DNA from: an uncultured Acidobacteriota bacterium
GTDB lineage: Bacteria; Acidobacteriota; Thermoanaerobaculia; Multivoradales; UBA5704
Reading direction: 5' to 3'
Assembly: GCA_963700145.1 (NCBI GenBank)
Contig: OY969474.1
Span: 2,880,001 to 2,944,000, forward strand
Length of the DNA: 64,000 nt
The notes beneath the pieces were generated by a model. The model saw nothing but the letters and a program-made list of their open reading frames with translations. It was not told where the DNA came from and did no database searches. Positions 9,333-19,225 of the stretch are shown here, piece after piece. The position numbers were made by a program, and so were the translations under genes. Within the stretch, counting starts at the first letter, position 1. Each line of letters starts with the position of its first letter.

Positions 9333-12300
9333 TCAGAACTCCTTCCAGTTCTTCTCGATGATGCAGATCGGCACCGGCGCGATGTGGATGATGCCGGTGT
9401 CGGAGGCCAGCGTCTTGACGTCGTGCCGGTAGTTGGCGAACTTGCAGTTCGAGGGGAAGAGCTTCTGCAGCTCCTGCATCACCTTGTTGAGGTGCGCCGC
9501 GAGCTGGCCGGAGGTGGCTTCCTCGCCGGGCGCCGTCGCCGTCTGCCCCTGCTCGATGTAAGGCTCGGTGACGAAGTCCTGGATGACGGTGAAGCGCGTC
9601 GGCAGGAGGTTGGTGTCGTAGAGCAGGCCGTTGCCGTTGGTGGCGTTGACCGCGAAGATGCGGCTGCTGCCGGTGCGGCGGCAGGTGGGCTCCTCCTGCC
9701 CCTGCCCGGGGGTGACCAGCACGTCGGGGTCGAAGACCGTGAAGACCAGGACCCCAGAGAGGGCGAACGGGTTGGTGATCAGCTTCTCGTCGGCGTTCAG
9801 CGGCAGGAGCCACCCCTTGCCGGCAACGCCGGGATCGGTGATGAAGTCGGTGTTGGTGGACGCCGACGCCGGGTCGATCTGCGTCAGGTCGGCCTCGGTG
9901 TAGAAGGTCGTCTTGTCGTCGACGCGGATGTCGTCGCGCATGACGTAGAAGCGCCCGGTCTGTCCCTCGGCGCTCCACAGGTCGTTGCGCTGGCCGACGC
10001 CGAAGGCCAGGGCGTACTCGTTGCGCCGCGCGATGAAGATAACCGAGGGGCGGTAGAAGATCGCCCGCGGCGGCACGGCCGGGGTGGTGGCGTCCTGCTG
10101 CGCCTTGAAGACCACCCGCGGCGCGAAGCGGAGGTCGGTCGGCAGGATGCGCTGCACTGTCACCGGCCCGAGGCCCGGCGGCAGGCCCTGCGCCACGTCC
10201 AGCACCACCGGCGCCAGCTCGGGCAGCTCGCCGGCCGGCCCGCGCAGGTCGACCCGGTACATCAGCCCCTTGTTGGTGCCGAGGTAGATGCGGTCGAGGT
10301 AGCCGTCCTGGTCGGTGTCCACCGCCGCCGGCTCCGACGGCGCGGCGCCGTCGACGGTCTGCTTGTAGATCGCCTGGCCGGTCTCGATGTCCACCATGTA
10401 GAGCCAGTTGCCGGCGAGGTTGGTGGTGTCGAGCCCGCCACCGAAGACCGCCACGTACTTGTCCACCGGGACGTTAGCCTCGAGGACCCGGATGCGGCCG
10501 ATGTTGGGGATCGACCAGGTCTGGGCGAGGTCGTTCCTGCCGTTGCCGTCCTCGTCGAGCCGGCTGGGCACGCCGGCCAGGGCGTCGTAGACGCTGTCGG
10601 TGAACTCCCAGAGCTGCGCCGGGAACTTGACCGGACCGCAGCTGGAGTCCTCGGCCATGTCGAAGCAAGTTGGCACCCACGGACCCGGATCGCCCGGTAC
10701 GCCCGAAATGTGCGGCAGGTGGTCACCGTGGTCGCGGATGGTGTCGGGTTGAGTGATGTCCAGCGCGTAATAGGCGCTCCCTCCTTCGCGCATGCCGCCG
10801 ATCAGCACCGTCCGCCACTCCGGCCCGTCTTCGCTGTCCGGGTCGTCGGGATTAGGCACACCGACGAACCGCGGGTCGATGCGCACGTCGGCGGCGGCCA
10901 CGGTGCCGTCCACCGACCAAGTGCGGTTGGTGCCGGAGCCGGCGTAGAGGTCTTTGAGCGGGCGCAGCGACGCCCGCGGCACGAAGGCGAAGAGCTCCCG
11001 GCCGGTCCCGTCGTCGAAGGTCTCGTTCTTCTCCGGATCGAGCGGGTCGGTGAAGGCGATCCCGTCGTCGTCCTTGTCGCGGAAGACTCCGGCGTCGAAG
11101 ACATGGAGCTGTCCATCGTTTGCTCCGACGATGAGCATTTTGCGGCGGAAGCGGTGCTTTTGCGCGAACTCGCGGTAGCCGTTGACGTTGTTGGCGAAGA
11201 AGAGCGAGTTGCTCGGGCCGCCGGTGATCACCGGGTTGGAATGGAAGATGTCGCCAAGGACAAAGGGCACGTCATCGGCGAGGTTGGCAGGCGTCCCGGC
11301 GAGATCAGCTGTCTTAAGCGCGAGGGCCTCGCGAATCACCTCCACGGCGATGGCCTGATTTGTGGTGGCATCGCCTGACTGCGGGAGGCCCATGCCGCGA
11401 TAGAGGTCGACACGGTCTGGCAAAGTTGCGGGGGTTTCGAATGCCCTTCGGGCCAAAGGCCACTGGCCGTTCGCAGTCAGACGAGAATAGTAGACCCGTC
11501 GGTCCTCGGGGTTGGGGCCGATCACCACCGGATCGTTCGGGTCCTCCGGCGTCTGCTTGAGCAGCTCCGCACCGGCGTCCCATAGGAAACACTTCCTCTT
11601 GACGCTGTCACTGCAGGCAGGGCTGGTTTTCGGCGTGCCGTCCTGCTCTTCCGGCACCGGTTTTCTGAAGGCATTCATACGCCCCAACCACACCGGCTCC
11701 GGCTCGTCGGGGAAACCTGGACGGACGAGCGGGGCGAGGGGGTTGAAGTTGCTCAGAAAGACTTTCTGCTCCACGTCGGCCTGGACGGTGGGGACGGCCG
11801 CCGAGGCGAACGCCTTGGTGGCCTGCTGGATCTGGCCGATGATCTTGCGCAGGGCGTCGACCAGCTCGCCGTAGGTCTGCGGCGTCAGGCACTCGCCTTT
11901 CCCGGCCTGGGTGAGGCTGTGGTAGGTCGAGTTGGGCGGGCAGGTGCCGCCGAAGTCGATCGCCCAGGTCTTGACCCGCGTCTGCCGCAGGCTGGCGACC
12001 GCCGCGGTGGCGTCGTTGTTGTCGCCGTGCGCCTCGCCGTCGCCGATGACGATCAGGAACGGGCGTCGGCACCCCCACTCGGCGAAGTCCTTGACCACGG
12101 CCACGTCGTCCCAGCCGCTGCCGAAGGGCTGGAAGTCCGACTTGCACTTCTGGTCCTCGCTGCCGATGTACCAGCAGCGGAAATCGACGATCGACTTGTT
12201 GAGCGGGCTGGCGCCGAAGGGGACGAGCGGCCGCCGGTCGGCGTCCTTGAGATGGAAGAAGCCGTCGCTGCGCGGCGCGTTCTCGAAGTAGGCGGCGGCG

Positions 12301-13541
12301 CGGAACTCCATCTCGGAGAGCGGCGCTCCGTCGGACCAGTTCGGGGCCAGGCGGCGGGCGAAGTCCTCGCGGTTGGTGAGGTCCCAGTGCAGCGGGATCA
12401 TGTCGCCGCGGTCGAGGACGATCGCGGGGTCGAGCACGGTGTCCTGCTTGATCTTGTACGGGCTGCCGGCCACCCGCGGGTCCTGGTCGCCGATCTGGTC
12501 GAAGCCCGGGCCGCTGCGGGTCGGCACCGAGTCGTAGTTGCTCTCCCAGCCCTGGCCCGAGAAGGGCTTGTTGCCCGGGCCGCAGGTGCTATTGGCCTGG
12601 ACGTCCTGCCAGGCCCAGCCCATGCCGCGGCTCTGCTCCTCGTTGTTCTCGGGGTTGCCGCCCCCGCCGCCCCCGCCACCGCCACCCCCACCGCCCCCGC
12701 CGCCGCCACCGCCCCCGCCGCCGCCCCCCTGCCCGCAGTCGGCGAACTGGGCGCTGTTGGTCACCAGCTCGTCGGACATCAGGAACTCGGTCGAGTAGTC
12801 GAGGGTCGAGACGACCTCCTCGTGTTCCGTGAGGACCGGGGAAGGCAGGCACACCGTCGCCCTGTCGGTCGCGAAGCGGACCTGCAGGACGCCCGGTCCG
12901 AAGGCCCCGGCCTCGTGGCTGACGGTGAGCTTGTAGGTGTTGGCCCCCTTCTTGAGCCAGAGCGTTGTCGGCGCGTAGGTCAGGATGCCGTCGAGGTCGG
13001 GGTCGGTCGGCGAGAGCTTGGCGAAGCGGTCGACCTTGTCGAGGTCGGCGGCGCTGCTGGCGTTGAGCGGCGCGGCGCAAGTCCCCGCCACGCCCGGCGT
13101 CGCCGTCTCGAAGTGGGTGCCGAAGGTGACGAAGCTGCCGCGGCGCGGGTAGGCGAGGGCGGTGGACTGCGCCGACGCCGACTGCACCCGGTAGAGCCAG
13201 TGCTTGCCGCGCACGCGGAGCTGGTCCTGGTTGTAGGTCGCCAGCCCGAAGTGGATGGTGTCGCCGTTCTCCTGGTAGGTCTCGGTCAGCACCTGGAGCA
13301 ACGCCTGCTTGACCTGCAGGAACTTGGAGGTGACGCCGTCGCCGCTGCCGTGCACCCAGGTGTCGTCGGGCGCCAGGTTCATCGAGGTCGAGGTGTCGAT
13401 GATGAAGTAGACGTAGGGCTTGCCCGACTGGATCTTGAAGAGCAGCGTGTCGTCGCCGGCCGCGTAGCCGGCGAGCAGGGCGGCGGCGAGCACGCCGGCG
13501 ACGGCGGCGCGGAGCGGGAGCTGGGATCGGCGAGTGCGCAT
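9333..13541 (-). CDS. pilY1: PilY1/PilC-like type IV pilus tip adhesin (vWA-like N-terminus plus C-terminal beta-propeller)
   Basis: IIDTSTSM (DxSxS MIDAS-like), LGDIFHSNP, VGANDGQLHVFDA, GRELFAFVP, VDG, GGMREGG..YYALDIT, AQTWSIP, Ca-loop DTDQDGYLDRIYLG. Confidence 0.88.
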   Translation of the reverse strand: MRTRRSQLPLRAAVAGVLAAALLAGYAAGDDTLLFKIQSGKPYVYFIIDTSTSMNLAPDDTWVHGSGDGVTSKFLQVKQALLQVLTETYQENGDTIHFGLATYNQDQLRVRGKHWLYRVQSASAQSTALAYPRRGSFVTFGTHFETATPGVAGTCAAPLNASSAADLDKVDRFAKLSPTDPDLDGILTYAPTTLWLKKGANTYKLTVSHEAGAFGPGVLQVRFATDRATVCLPSPVLTEHEEVVSTLDYSTEFLMSDELVTNSAQFADCGQGGGGGGGGGGGGGGGGGGGGGGGGNPENNEEQSRGMGWAWQDVQANSTCGPGNKPFSGQGWESNYDSVPTRSGPGFDQIGDQDPRVAGSPYKIKQDTVLDPAIVLDRGDMIPLHWDLTNREDFARRLAPNWSDGAPLSEMEFRAAAYFENAPRSDGFFHLKDADRRPLVPFGASPLNKSIVDFRCWYIGSEDQKCKSDFQPFGSGWDDVAVVKDFAEWGCRRPFLIVIGDGEAHGDNNDATAAVASLRQTRVKTWAIDFGGTCPPNSTYHSLTQAGKGECLTPQTYGELVDALRKIIGQIQQATKAFASAAVPTVQADVEQKVFLSNFNPLAPLVRPGFPDEPEPVWLGRMNAFRKPVPEEQDGTPKTSPACSDSVKRKCFLWDAGAELLKQTPEDPNDPVVIGPNPEDRRVYYSRLTANGQWPLARRAFETPATLPDRVDLYRGMGLPQSGDATTNQAIAVEVIREALALKTADLAGTPANLADDVPFVLGDIFHSNPVITGGPSNSLFFANNVNGYREFAQKHRFRRKMLIVGANDGQLHVFDAGVFRDKDDDGIAFTDPLDPEKNETFDDGTGRELFAFVPRASLRPLKDLYAGSGTNRTWSVDGTVAAADVRIDPRFVGVPNPDDPDSEDGPEWRTVLIGGMREGGSAYYALDITQPDTIRDHGDHLPHISGVPGDPGPWVPTCFDMAEDSSCGPVKFPAQLWEFTDSVYDALAGVPSRLDEDGNGRNDLAQTWSIPNIGRIRVLEANVPVDKYVAVFGGGLDTTNLAGNWLYMVDIETGQAIYKQTVDGAAPSEPAAVDTDQDGYLDRIYLGTNKGLMYRVDLRGPAGELPELAPVVLDVAQGLPPGLGPVTVQRILPTDLRFAPRVVFKAQQDATTPAVPPRAIFYRPSVIFIARRNEYALAFGVGQRNDLWSAEGQTGRFYVMRDDIRVDDKTTFYTEADLTQIDPASASTNTDFITDPGVAGKGWLLPLNADEKLITNPFALSGVLVFTVFDPDVLVTPGQGQEEPTCRRTGSSRIFAVNATNGNGLLYDTNLLPTRFTVIQDFVTEPYIEQGQTATAPGEEATSGQLAAHLNKVMQELQKLFPSNCKFANYRHDVKTLASDTGIIHIAPVPICIIEKNWKEF
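12657..12728 (-). repeat. 24-codon poly-glycine tract within pilY1
   Basis: 72 nt of mixed GGC/GGG/GGT codons on the minus strand. Confidence 0.9.
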
Positions 13542-13567
13542 TTCGGGACCTCCTCGGGCGGCGGCGA

Positions 13568-14155
13568 TCAGAACCTGATGCGGTCGAGCTCGGCCTGGTT
13601 TTGCACCGCCGAGTAGGCCTCCGGCGAGGCCCGCCAGGGCTGGATCTCGATCATCGCGCTCAGCGTCTTCTGCGCCACCGGCGTCTCGTTGCTGCCGTCC
13701 TGGAGCGTGGCGAAGCGCGCCGCGTCGACGGTCACGGCGTGGATGATCTTGCGGAAGGCGCGCTCGTTGTAGGCGCCGGCGTTGTTGATCTCGCAGAGAT
13801 TGCAGGGGGCGTCGAAGATCGGGTAGAAGGGCGAGACGTCGACGCGGGTGCCGAGCTTCACCTTGCCGGTAAGCAGCCCGCCGCTGTCGGTCATGGTGTA
13901 GACGCGGGCGCGGTGGTCGGCGGTCACGAGCACCCGGGCGGTGGCGATCTCGATGCCCGAGTCGGCGACGTAGAAGACGCGGCTGATCGTCTTCTCGTTG
14001 CTCCCCACCAGCATCTCGGTCTGGGTGATCAGCGCCAGCGCCAGGCCGAAGATGGTGAGGACCACGAGGACCACGAGCACCGCCACGTAGGCGCTCCCCC
14101 GCTCTCCCGTGCGGTCCGTGTGCTGCGAGGCGGCGTGCGTGTCGTTCGGCTTCAT
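13568..14155 (-). CDS. PilX-like minor pilin
   Basis: ERGSAYVAVLVVLVVLTIFGL (no Glu5), VFYVADSGIE PilX N-terminal motif; position in pilV-W-X-Y1 order. Confidence 0.82.
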   Translation of the reverse strand: MKPNDTHAASQHTDRTGERGSAYVAVLVVLVVLTIFGLALALITQTEMLVGSNEKTISRVFYVADSGIEIATARVLVTADHRARVYTMTDSGGLLTGKVKLGTRVDVSPFYPIFDAPCNLCEINNAGAYNERAFRKIIHAVTVDAARFATLQDGSNETPVAQKTLSAMIEIQPWRASPEAYSAVQNQAELDRIRF

Positions 14156-14169
14156 AGCTGGTCTCCGGG

Positions 14170-15408
14170 TCAGGCCACGTTGCGCAGGTCGACGACCGTC
14201 TGCAGCGTGCGGCGGCGGTACATCCGCGACTCGCGGGTGTTGAAGCTGGGGTCGTAGGCGCGGTTCTCGAGCTGCACCAGCAGCGGCCCCTGGTACTGCG
14301 GGTCGCGGCGGTCGGTCTGGACCAGGGTGGCGACGCGGACGTAGTGGAGGCGCGCCGGATTGACCTCCCACTTCGCCGGGTTGTCCATGTCGTCCTCGTG
14401 ATTGAAGAGCCACTCGTCGGCGGCGGTGCCGAGGTCCTCGATCAGGCCGTTGCCGTTGAGGTCCACACCGAGCGCCACCTGCAGGTCCAGGATGTTGTCG
14501 GCGACGTCGACCGCAGCGTTGGCACGGCGCTCCTGGTCGTCGCCGCCGTAGACGATCTCGGTGCCGGGGAGGAAACGGGCGCGCGACAGCCGCGGCGCCA
14601 GGTCGCTCGCCAGGTTCGCGGGCTCCACGTGCTCCTCGCGGATGTAGAAGCGGTACTCCTCGAGGATGCCGGCGTAGGCGACCCGCAGGTTCGGTGGGAA
14701 GCGGCCGCCGCTGGAGAGCAGACCCATCGCGTCCGCCTCGGTGCTGCCGGTGACGCGGAAGTTGAGGGTGGCCTGGCCGTCCGCCACCGAGCTGCTGGGG
14801 AGCAGCTCGACGACCGCGAACTGGGCATCGTCGAGCGGGCTGACCAGCAACAGCGCCTCGGGGCGGGAGGGGTCGGCGTCGACCGCGTCCTTGAGCGGCT
14901 GCAGCGTCTGCGGCACGCCGGTCGGGCTGTGGTCCTGGATGATCAGAGTCCCGGCGGTGGGGTTCTGGGCGTCGGGGGTGAGCGTGAGGGCGCCGATGGC
15001 GGTGGTGTTGATCTGGTAGAGCGGCGCGCTGATGACCCCGCGCACGGTCAGGACGTCGGTGCCTTCGAGGATCCGGGTCGCCGGCTCCGCGGGGAGCATG
15101 AAGGTCGACGCCGGCACGTCGTCGCGGACCGAGACTGCCACGCCGGTCGGCAGGTGCCGCGGCGCCAGGCCCGCGGGCTCGCTCGCCGGCAGGCCGCCGC
15201 GCCCGGCCATGCGCACTAATCGCACCATGTCGTACTGGGCGACGCGCAGCGACTGCTGCATGTCGGCGACGTGCGTCTGGACGCGCGCGATGCGGTTGTT
15301 GAAGTCGAAGAGGGCGAGGACGCCGAGCAGGAGGATGACGGTGACGCCGAGCGTGACCAGCAGCTCGACCAGGGTGAAGCCGGCTTGGCGGCGCATAGAA
15401 CGCTCCAT
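14170..15408 (-). CDS. PilW-like minor pilin
   Basis: Prepilin cleavage motif QAG/FTLVELLV; QQSLRVAQYDMVRLVRMAG; VADNILDLQVALGVD. Confidence 0.85.
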   Translation of the reverse strand: MERSMRRQAGFTLVELLVTLGVTVILLLGVLALFDFNNRIARVQTHVADMQQSLRVAQYDMVRLVRMAGRGGLPASEPAGLAPRHLPTGVAVSVRDDVPASTFMLPAEPATRILEGTDVLTVRGVISAPLYQINTTAIGALTLTPDAQNPTAGTLIIQDHSPTGVPQTLQPLKDAVDADPSRPEALLLVSPLDDAQFAVVELLPSSSVADGQATLNFRVTGSTEADAMGLLSSGGRFPPNLRVAYAGILEEYRFYIREEHVEPANLASDLAPRLSRARFLPGTEIVYGGDDQERRANAAVDVADNILDLQVALGVDLNGNGLIEDLGTAADEWLFNHEDDMDNPAKWEVNPARLHYVRVATLVQTDRRDPQYQGPLLVQLENRAYDPSFNTRESRMYRRRTLQTVVDLRNVA

Positions 15409-15905
15409 CACTTGGCCTTGAGCATCTGGAGCACCAGCTCGTTCCTGCCGCCCAGCGGGTTGCCCGGCGAGCGGTTGCCCGCCACCTCGACGCGGATCTC
15501 CTTCAAGTGCACGTAGCTCGGATCGGTGTCGCCGTCGAGCGGCTCGTCGAGGTCGTTGATGCCGAAGAGGCGCACGCGGGTGCTGCGCCGCCAGATCGCG
15601 TAGTCGCCGCTCGGCGGCGTGGTGGTCCAGGTGTGGGCGGCGAAGTTGTAGCTGTCGCTGACGACGAGCTGGGTCTGGCCATCCGGCACGTCGAGGCGGG
15701 CGCTGTCGAAGGGGAGCTGGAAATACTCCTCGAGGCGCGACTTGCCCATGTTGCTGACGTCGGTCGCCTCGCGGCCGGAGAGGTTGTTGCGGATCGACTC
15801 GACGAAGAGGGGCAAGAGCCCCACCGCGATGATGAGGAAGATCCCCGCCGCGATCAGCACCTCGATGACCGAGAAGCCGGCGTTGCTCCGGTTGCCGTTG
15901 CCCAT
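15408..15905 (-). CDS. PilV-like minor pilin
   Basis: NAG/FSVIEVLIAAGIFLIIAVGLL; stop overlaps the pilW start (TGATG). Confidence 0.83.
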   Translation of the reverse strand: MGNGNRSNAGFSVIEVLIAAGIFLIIAVGLLPLFVESIRNNLSGREATDVSNMGKSRLEEYFQLPFDSARLDVPDGQTQLVVSDSYNFAAHTWTTTPPSGDYAIWRRSTRVRLFGINDLDEPLDGDTDPSYVHLKEIRVEVAGNRSPGNPLGGRNELVLQMLKAK

Positions 15906-15968
15906 GCTGGGTCTCCCGCGCCGGCGGCGCCGGCGCACACTGCTGGTGGACTTCCGGCAGGGGCAGGG

Positions 15969-15984
15969 AGCAAGGGGGGTGCCA
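15969..15984 (-). promoter_or_regulatory. Sigma-54 -24/-12 promoter for the pilV-W-X-Y1 operon
   Basis: Minus strand TGGCAC-CCCCC-TTGCT matches TGGCAC-N5-TTGCW, about 64 bp upstream of the pilV ATG. Confidence 0.8.
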
Positions 15985-16041
15985 CTCGCGCGGGCGCCGG
16001 CGCCGGCGCCGTAAAGCACTGCGCGAGTGGGAGTTCCGCCC

Positions 16042-17769
16042 TCAGGCGGGGCGCGCGGGAGGGGGGAGTGGCTGGGCCGCGCCGTTACCGGCGGTAACGT
16101 TTGTGTCGTGAGCGTGAGGGAAGGCGATACGCACCCGCGTGCCGCCGCCGGGGCGGTCCTCGAGCTGGATCGAGCCGCCGTGCAGGACGACGATGCGGTG
16201 CGCCAGCGCCAACCCCAGGCCCACGCCGCCGGCGCGGCCGGTAACGAAGGGGTGGAAGAGCCGCTCGCGCACCGCCGGCGGCACGCCCGGACCGCGGTCC
16301 TCGATCGTCAGCTCGACCCCCTCCGCCGTGCGCGCCAGCGCCGCCCGCACAGGGCCGCTCCGCCCCGCCTCGCGCTCCGCCTGGGCGGCGTTGCGCAGCA
16401 GGTTGCGCAGCGCCCGCTCGAGGAGCTGCGGGTCGCCGGCCAGGCGCGGCTCCTCCGCCTCGGCCCCGGCGAGCTCCACCGCCACGCCGTCGAGCGCCGG
16501 GTCCGCCGCCGCCCGCCGCAGGAGGGCCGGCAGCGACAGCTCCTCGATCCGCGCCGTGCCCGGGCGGGCGAAGGCGAGGAAGTCCTCGAGCACCCGCTCC
16601 AGGTGGTCGGTCTCGCGCCGGATCTCGCCCAGGAAGTCGGCGACCGCCTGCTCGTCGGGGCGGCGCTCGATCAGCGTCAGGTAGCCGCGCAGGGTCGCCA
16701 GGCTGTTGCGCAGCTCGTGCGCCACGCCGCCGGCCATCTCACCCAGGCGGGTGAGGCTCTCGGCCAGGCGGCTCTGGTCGGCCTGCCGCCGCGCCTCGGT
16801 CAGGTCGGCGAAGAGGACGAGGAAGCCGCGCGCCGCGCCATCGCCGCGCCGCAGCGGGTGCACCGAGAGGCCGAGGGTGAGGGCGCCGTCCGCGCGGCGC
16901 AGGGTGACCTCCTGCCGCTGCAGCTCGCGGCCGTGGGCCACCGCCTCGGTGAGGAGCGTGAGGAGCTCGGGGCGGCCGGCCAGGACCTCCTCCAGCGGCC
17001 GTCCGGGCTCGGGGGGCTCGACGCCGAGGAGGCGCGCGCCGACGGCGTTGAGCGCCAGCACCTCGCCCGCCGCGTCGAGCAGCAGGAGGCCGCTCTGCAG
17101 GCTGCCGACGAGGGTGCGCTCGAGGGTGGCGATGTCGTCCTCGGCGCTCCGCGCCTCCGCTCCCGCCATCGCCGCCAGCGCCCGCTCGAACGTCGCCACC
17201 AGGAACTCCGCCTCGTCCCCCTCGGGCGCCGCCGCCGGGTCGCCGACCGCGCGGGCGCGGGCGAGGAGCGTGTCGTAAGGCGCCAGGAGATGGCGGAGGA
17301 ACGCGAGGACGAGGAGGATCAGGGCGCCGTTGACGGCGAGGACGACGACGGTCAGCACGCGGGCGGCGCGGGCGCTGCCGGCGAGGACCGCGGCCGGGAG
17401 GTGGACGCGCACCACGCGCCCGCCGCCGAGCGGCGCGTCGCCGGCCACCGCGCCGTCGGGCGGCTCGCCGGCCGCCGCGAGCACCTGGCCGCCGGCACCG
17501 AGGACCGCCACCGCCGCGGCGCCGGGCGCCAGCCGGCGGAGCGCGCCCGGCCCCGGCGTCGCCGCCGTCCCGCCGAGCGCCGCGGCGACGCTCCGCGCCA
17601 GCTCCGCCGCTTCCTCCCGCCGCTCCTCGGCGAGGAGGGCGAGCGCGCTGCGGTAGGCGAAGATGGTGAAGGTCGACAAGGCGGCCAGGAGGACGACCGA
17701 GGCCGGCAGGAGGATCAGCACCTCCCGCCGCAGGCCGAGCCCCCGCCGCCGCTGCCGCACGCCGTTCAC
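16042..17769 (-). CDS. PAS-domain sensor histidine kinase (PilS/NtrB-like)
   Basis: Two TM segments, PAS, H-box AGGVAHELRNSL, N-box NLLRNA, DRGPG, F-box, GVGLGL. Confidence 0.9.
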   Translation of the reverse strand: MNGVRQRRRGLGLRREVLILLPASVVLLAALSTFTIFAYRSALALLAEERREEAAELARSVAAALGGTAATPGPGALRRLAPGAAAVAVLGAGGQVLAAAGEPPDGAVAGDAPLGGGRVVRVHLPAAVLAGSARAARVLTVVVLAVNGALILLVLAFLRHLLAPYDTLLARARAVGDPAAAPEGDEAEFLVATFERALAAMAGAEARSAEDDIATLERTLVGSLQSGLLLLDAAGEVLALNAVGARLLGVEPPEPGRPLEEVLAGRPELLTLLTEAVAHGRELQRQEVTLRRADGALTLGLSVHPLRRGDGAARGFLVLFADLTEARRQADQSRLAESLTRLGEMAGGVAHELRNSLATLRGYLTLIERRPDEQAVADFLGEIRRETDHLERVLEDFLAFARPGTARIEELSLPALLRRAAADPALDGVAVELAGAEAEEPRLAGDPQLLERALRNLLRNAAQAEREAGRSGPVRAALARTAEGVELTIEDRGPGVPPAVRERLFHPFVTGRAGGVGLGLALAHRIVVLHGGSIQLEDRPGGGTRVRIAFPHAHDTNVTAGNGAAQPLPPPARPA

Positions 17770-18536
17770 AGGAGACCCAGGTAGGCGCCGAGGAGCCGCT
17801 CGCCGGCGAAGAGCGCCACCAGCCCGCCGAGGGCGAGGAAGGTGCCGAACGGGAGCTTGGTCTTGGTGTGGCCGCGGCCGGCGCGGATCAGGACCAGGCC
17901 GGCGACGGCGCCGGCGAGGGAGCCGCAGAAGAGGGTCACCACGACGCCGCGCCAGCCCAGGAAGGCGCCGATCATCGCCAGCATCTTGACGTCGCCGAGC
18001 CCCAGGCCCTCCTCCCCCCGCAGCAGGTACCAGAGACCGTAGAGGGCGAGGAGGAGACCGCCGCCCAAGGCGGCGCCGAAGAGCGCGCCGCGCCAGCCCA
18101 CCCAGTCGATCCAGGGCTGGACGGCGATGCCGGCGGCGATGCCCGGCAGGGTGACGCGGTCGGGCAGGTAGAAGTGCTCGAGGTCGATCATCGCCAGCGC
18201 CACCAGCAGCGCGCAGAAGAGGGCGGCGACGGCGGCCTCCGGCCGCACCCCGAAGCGGGCGACGCAGCCGGCGAAGAGGAGAGCGGTCGTCCCCTCGACG
18301 ATCGGGTAGCGGCGGGAGATCGGGGCGCCGCAGGCGCGGCAGCGGCCGCCGAGCAGCAGCCAGCTCACCACCGGCAGGTTGTCGCGGGCGCGGATCGGCG
18401 CGTCGCAGGCGGGGCAGCGGGAGCGCGGCAGGACGGTCGAGATCCCCCGCGGCAAGCGGTGGATGACGACGTTCAGGTAGCTGCCCACGATGAGGCCGAC
18501 GGCCGCGGCGTAGGCGCCGACGAGCAGTTCGAGCAC
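17766..18536 (-). CDS. pilD: Prepilin peptidase (A24)
   Basis: GSYLNVVIHRLP, SRCPAC, GRCRAC, IDLEHFYLPD, GLGDVKM, LPFGTFLA. Confidence 0.95.
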   Translation of the reverse strand: MLELLVGAYAAAVGLIVGSYLNVVIHRLPRGISTVLPRSRCPACDAPIRARDNLPVVSWLLLGGRCRACGAPISRRYPIVEGTTALLFAGCVARFGVRPEAAVAALFCALLVALAMIDLEHFYLPDRVTLPGIAAGIAVQPWIDWVGWRGALFGAALGGGLLLALYGLWYLLRGEEGLGLGDVKMLAMIGAFLGWRGVVVTLFCGSLAGAVAGLVLIRAGRGHTKTKLPFGTFLALGGLVALFAGERLLGAYLGLL

Positions 18537-18568
18537 GTGGCCGGGATTCTAGACGGCTACGAACAACG

Positions 18569-18600
18569 AGATCCTTCGGCGCTGCGCGCCTCAGGATGAC
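18569..18600. repeat. Half copy of the REP-like GTCATCCTGAG...GAAGGATCT palindromic element
   Basis: AGATCCTTCGGCGCTGCGCGCCTCAGGATGAC is related to the arms of the element at 47564-47672. Confidence 0.65.
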
Positions 18601-18612
18601 CGGCTCCGCCGG

Positions 18613-19131
18613 TCAATTCTTCTTCCCCTCCGGCCAGCGGATCATGTAGCCGTCGGTCCAGACGATGTCCTGGTCGTAGTCGGTGGTCTCGAAGCCGCCG
18701 GGGGTGTAGGTGTCACCGGTCTTCTTCTGGTCGCGGCCGCTGCTGCGGATCGCCATCACTTCCTTGCCCAGCGGGTTGGCGGTGTCGAGGTAGAAGTCGA
18801 AGGGGTGCTTCCAGCCGTCCAGCTGGGGCAGCTCCTGCATGTAGGTCGAGACCAGCTCGGCCTTCAGGTTGGTGGCGCTGATCGACGCGTACTTCGTGAG
18901 GTCCACCTGGTTGGTGGAGGCGCCGGCGGCGGCCGCCGCCGCCTCGTCGGTCAGCCAGGCCATCATCGCCGTGCCGGTCATCTGGACGTTGGCCAAGGTC
19001 CGCTTCTGCCGCGCCCGCTGCAGGGCGTCGATCAGGTTGGGGATGAGGATGGCGGCGATGATGCCGATGATGGCGATGACGATCAGCAACTCGATCAGCG
19101 TGAAGCCACGCTGCTCCGCTTTGCGCCTCAT
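18613..19131 (-). CDS. Type IV pilin / GspG-like pilin, paralog 1
   Basis: QRG/FTLIELLIVIAIIGIIAAILIPN; PQLDGWK; DYDQDIVW. Confidence 0.9.
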   Translation of the reverse strand: MRRKAEQRGFTLIELLIVIAIIGIIAAILIPNLIDALQRARQKRTLANVQMTGTAMMAWLTDEAAAAAAGASTNQVDLTKYASISATNLKAELVSTYMQELPQLDGWKHPFDFYLDTANPLGKEVMAIRSSGRDQKKTGDTYTPGGFETTDYDQDIVWTDGYMIRWPEGKKN

Positions 19132-19157
19132 GCAGGGGACCTCCGTCGCCATGCAAA

Positions 19158-19173
19158 AGCAAGGAGGAAGCCA
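19158..19173 (-). promoter_or_regulatory. Sigma-54 promoter for pilin paralog 1
   Basis: Minus strand TGGCTT-CCTCC-TTGCT (GG-N10-GC), about 27 bp upstream of the ATG. Confidence 0.65.
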
Positions 19174-19225
19174 TAGCCGGCGGCGCATCTGCGCGGCGCC
19201 GCGACGGGCCGTGCGACAGGAATCG

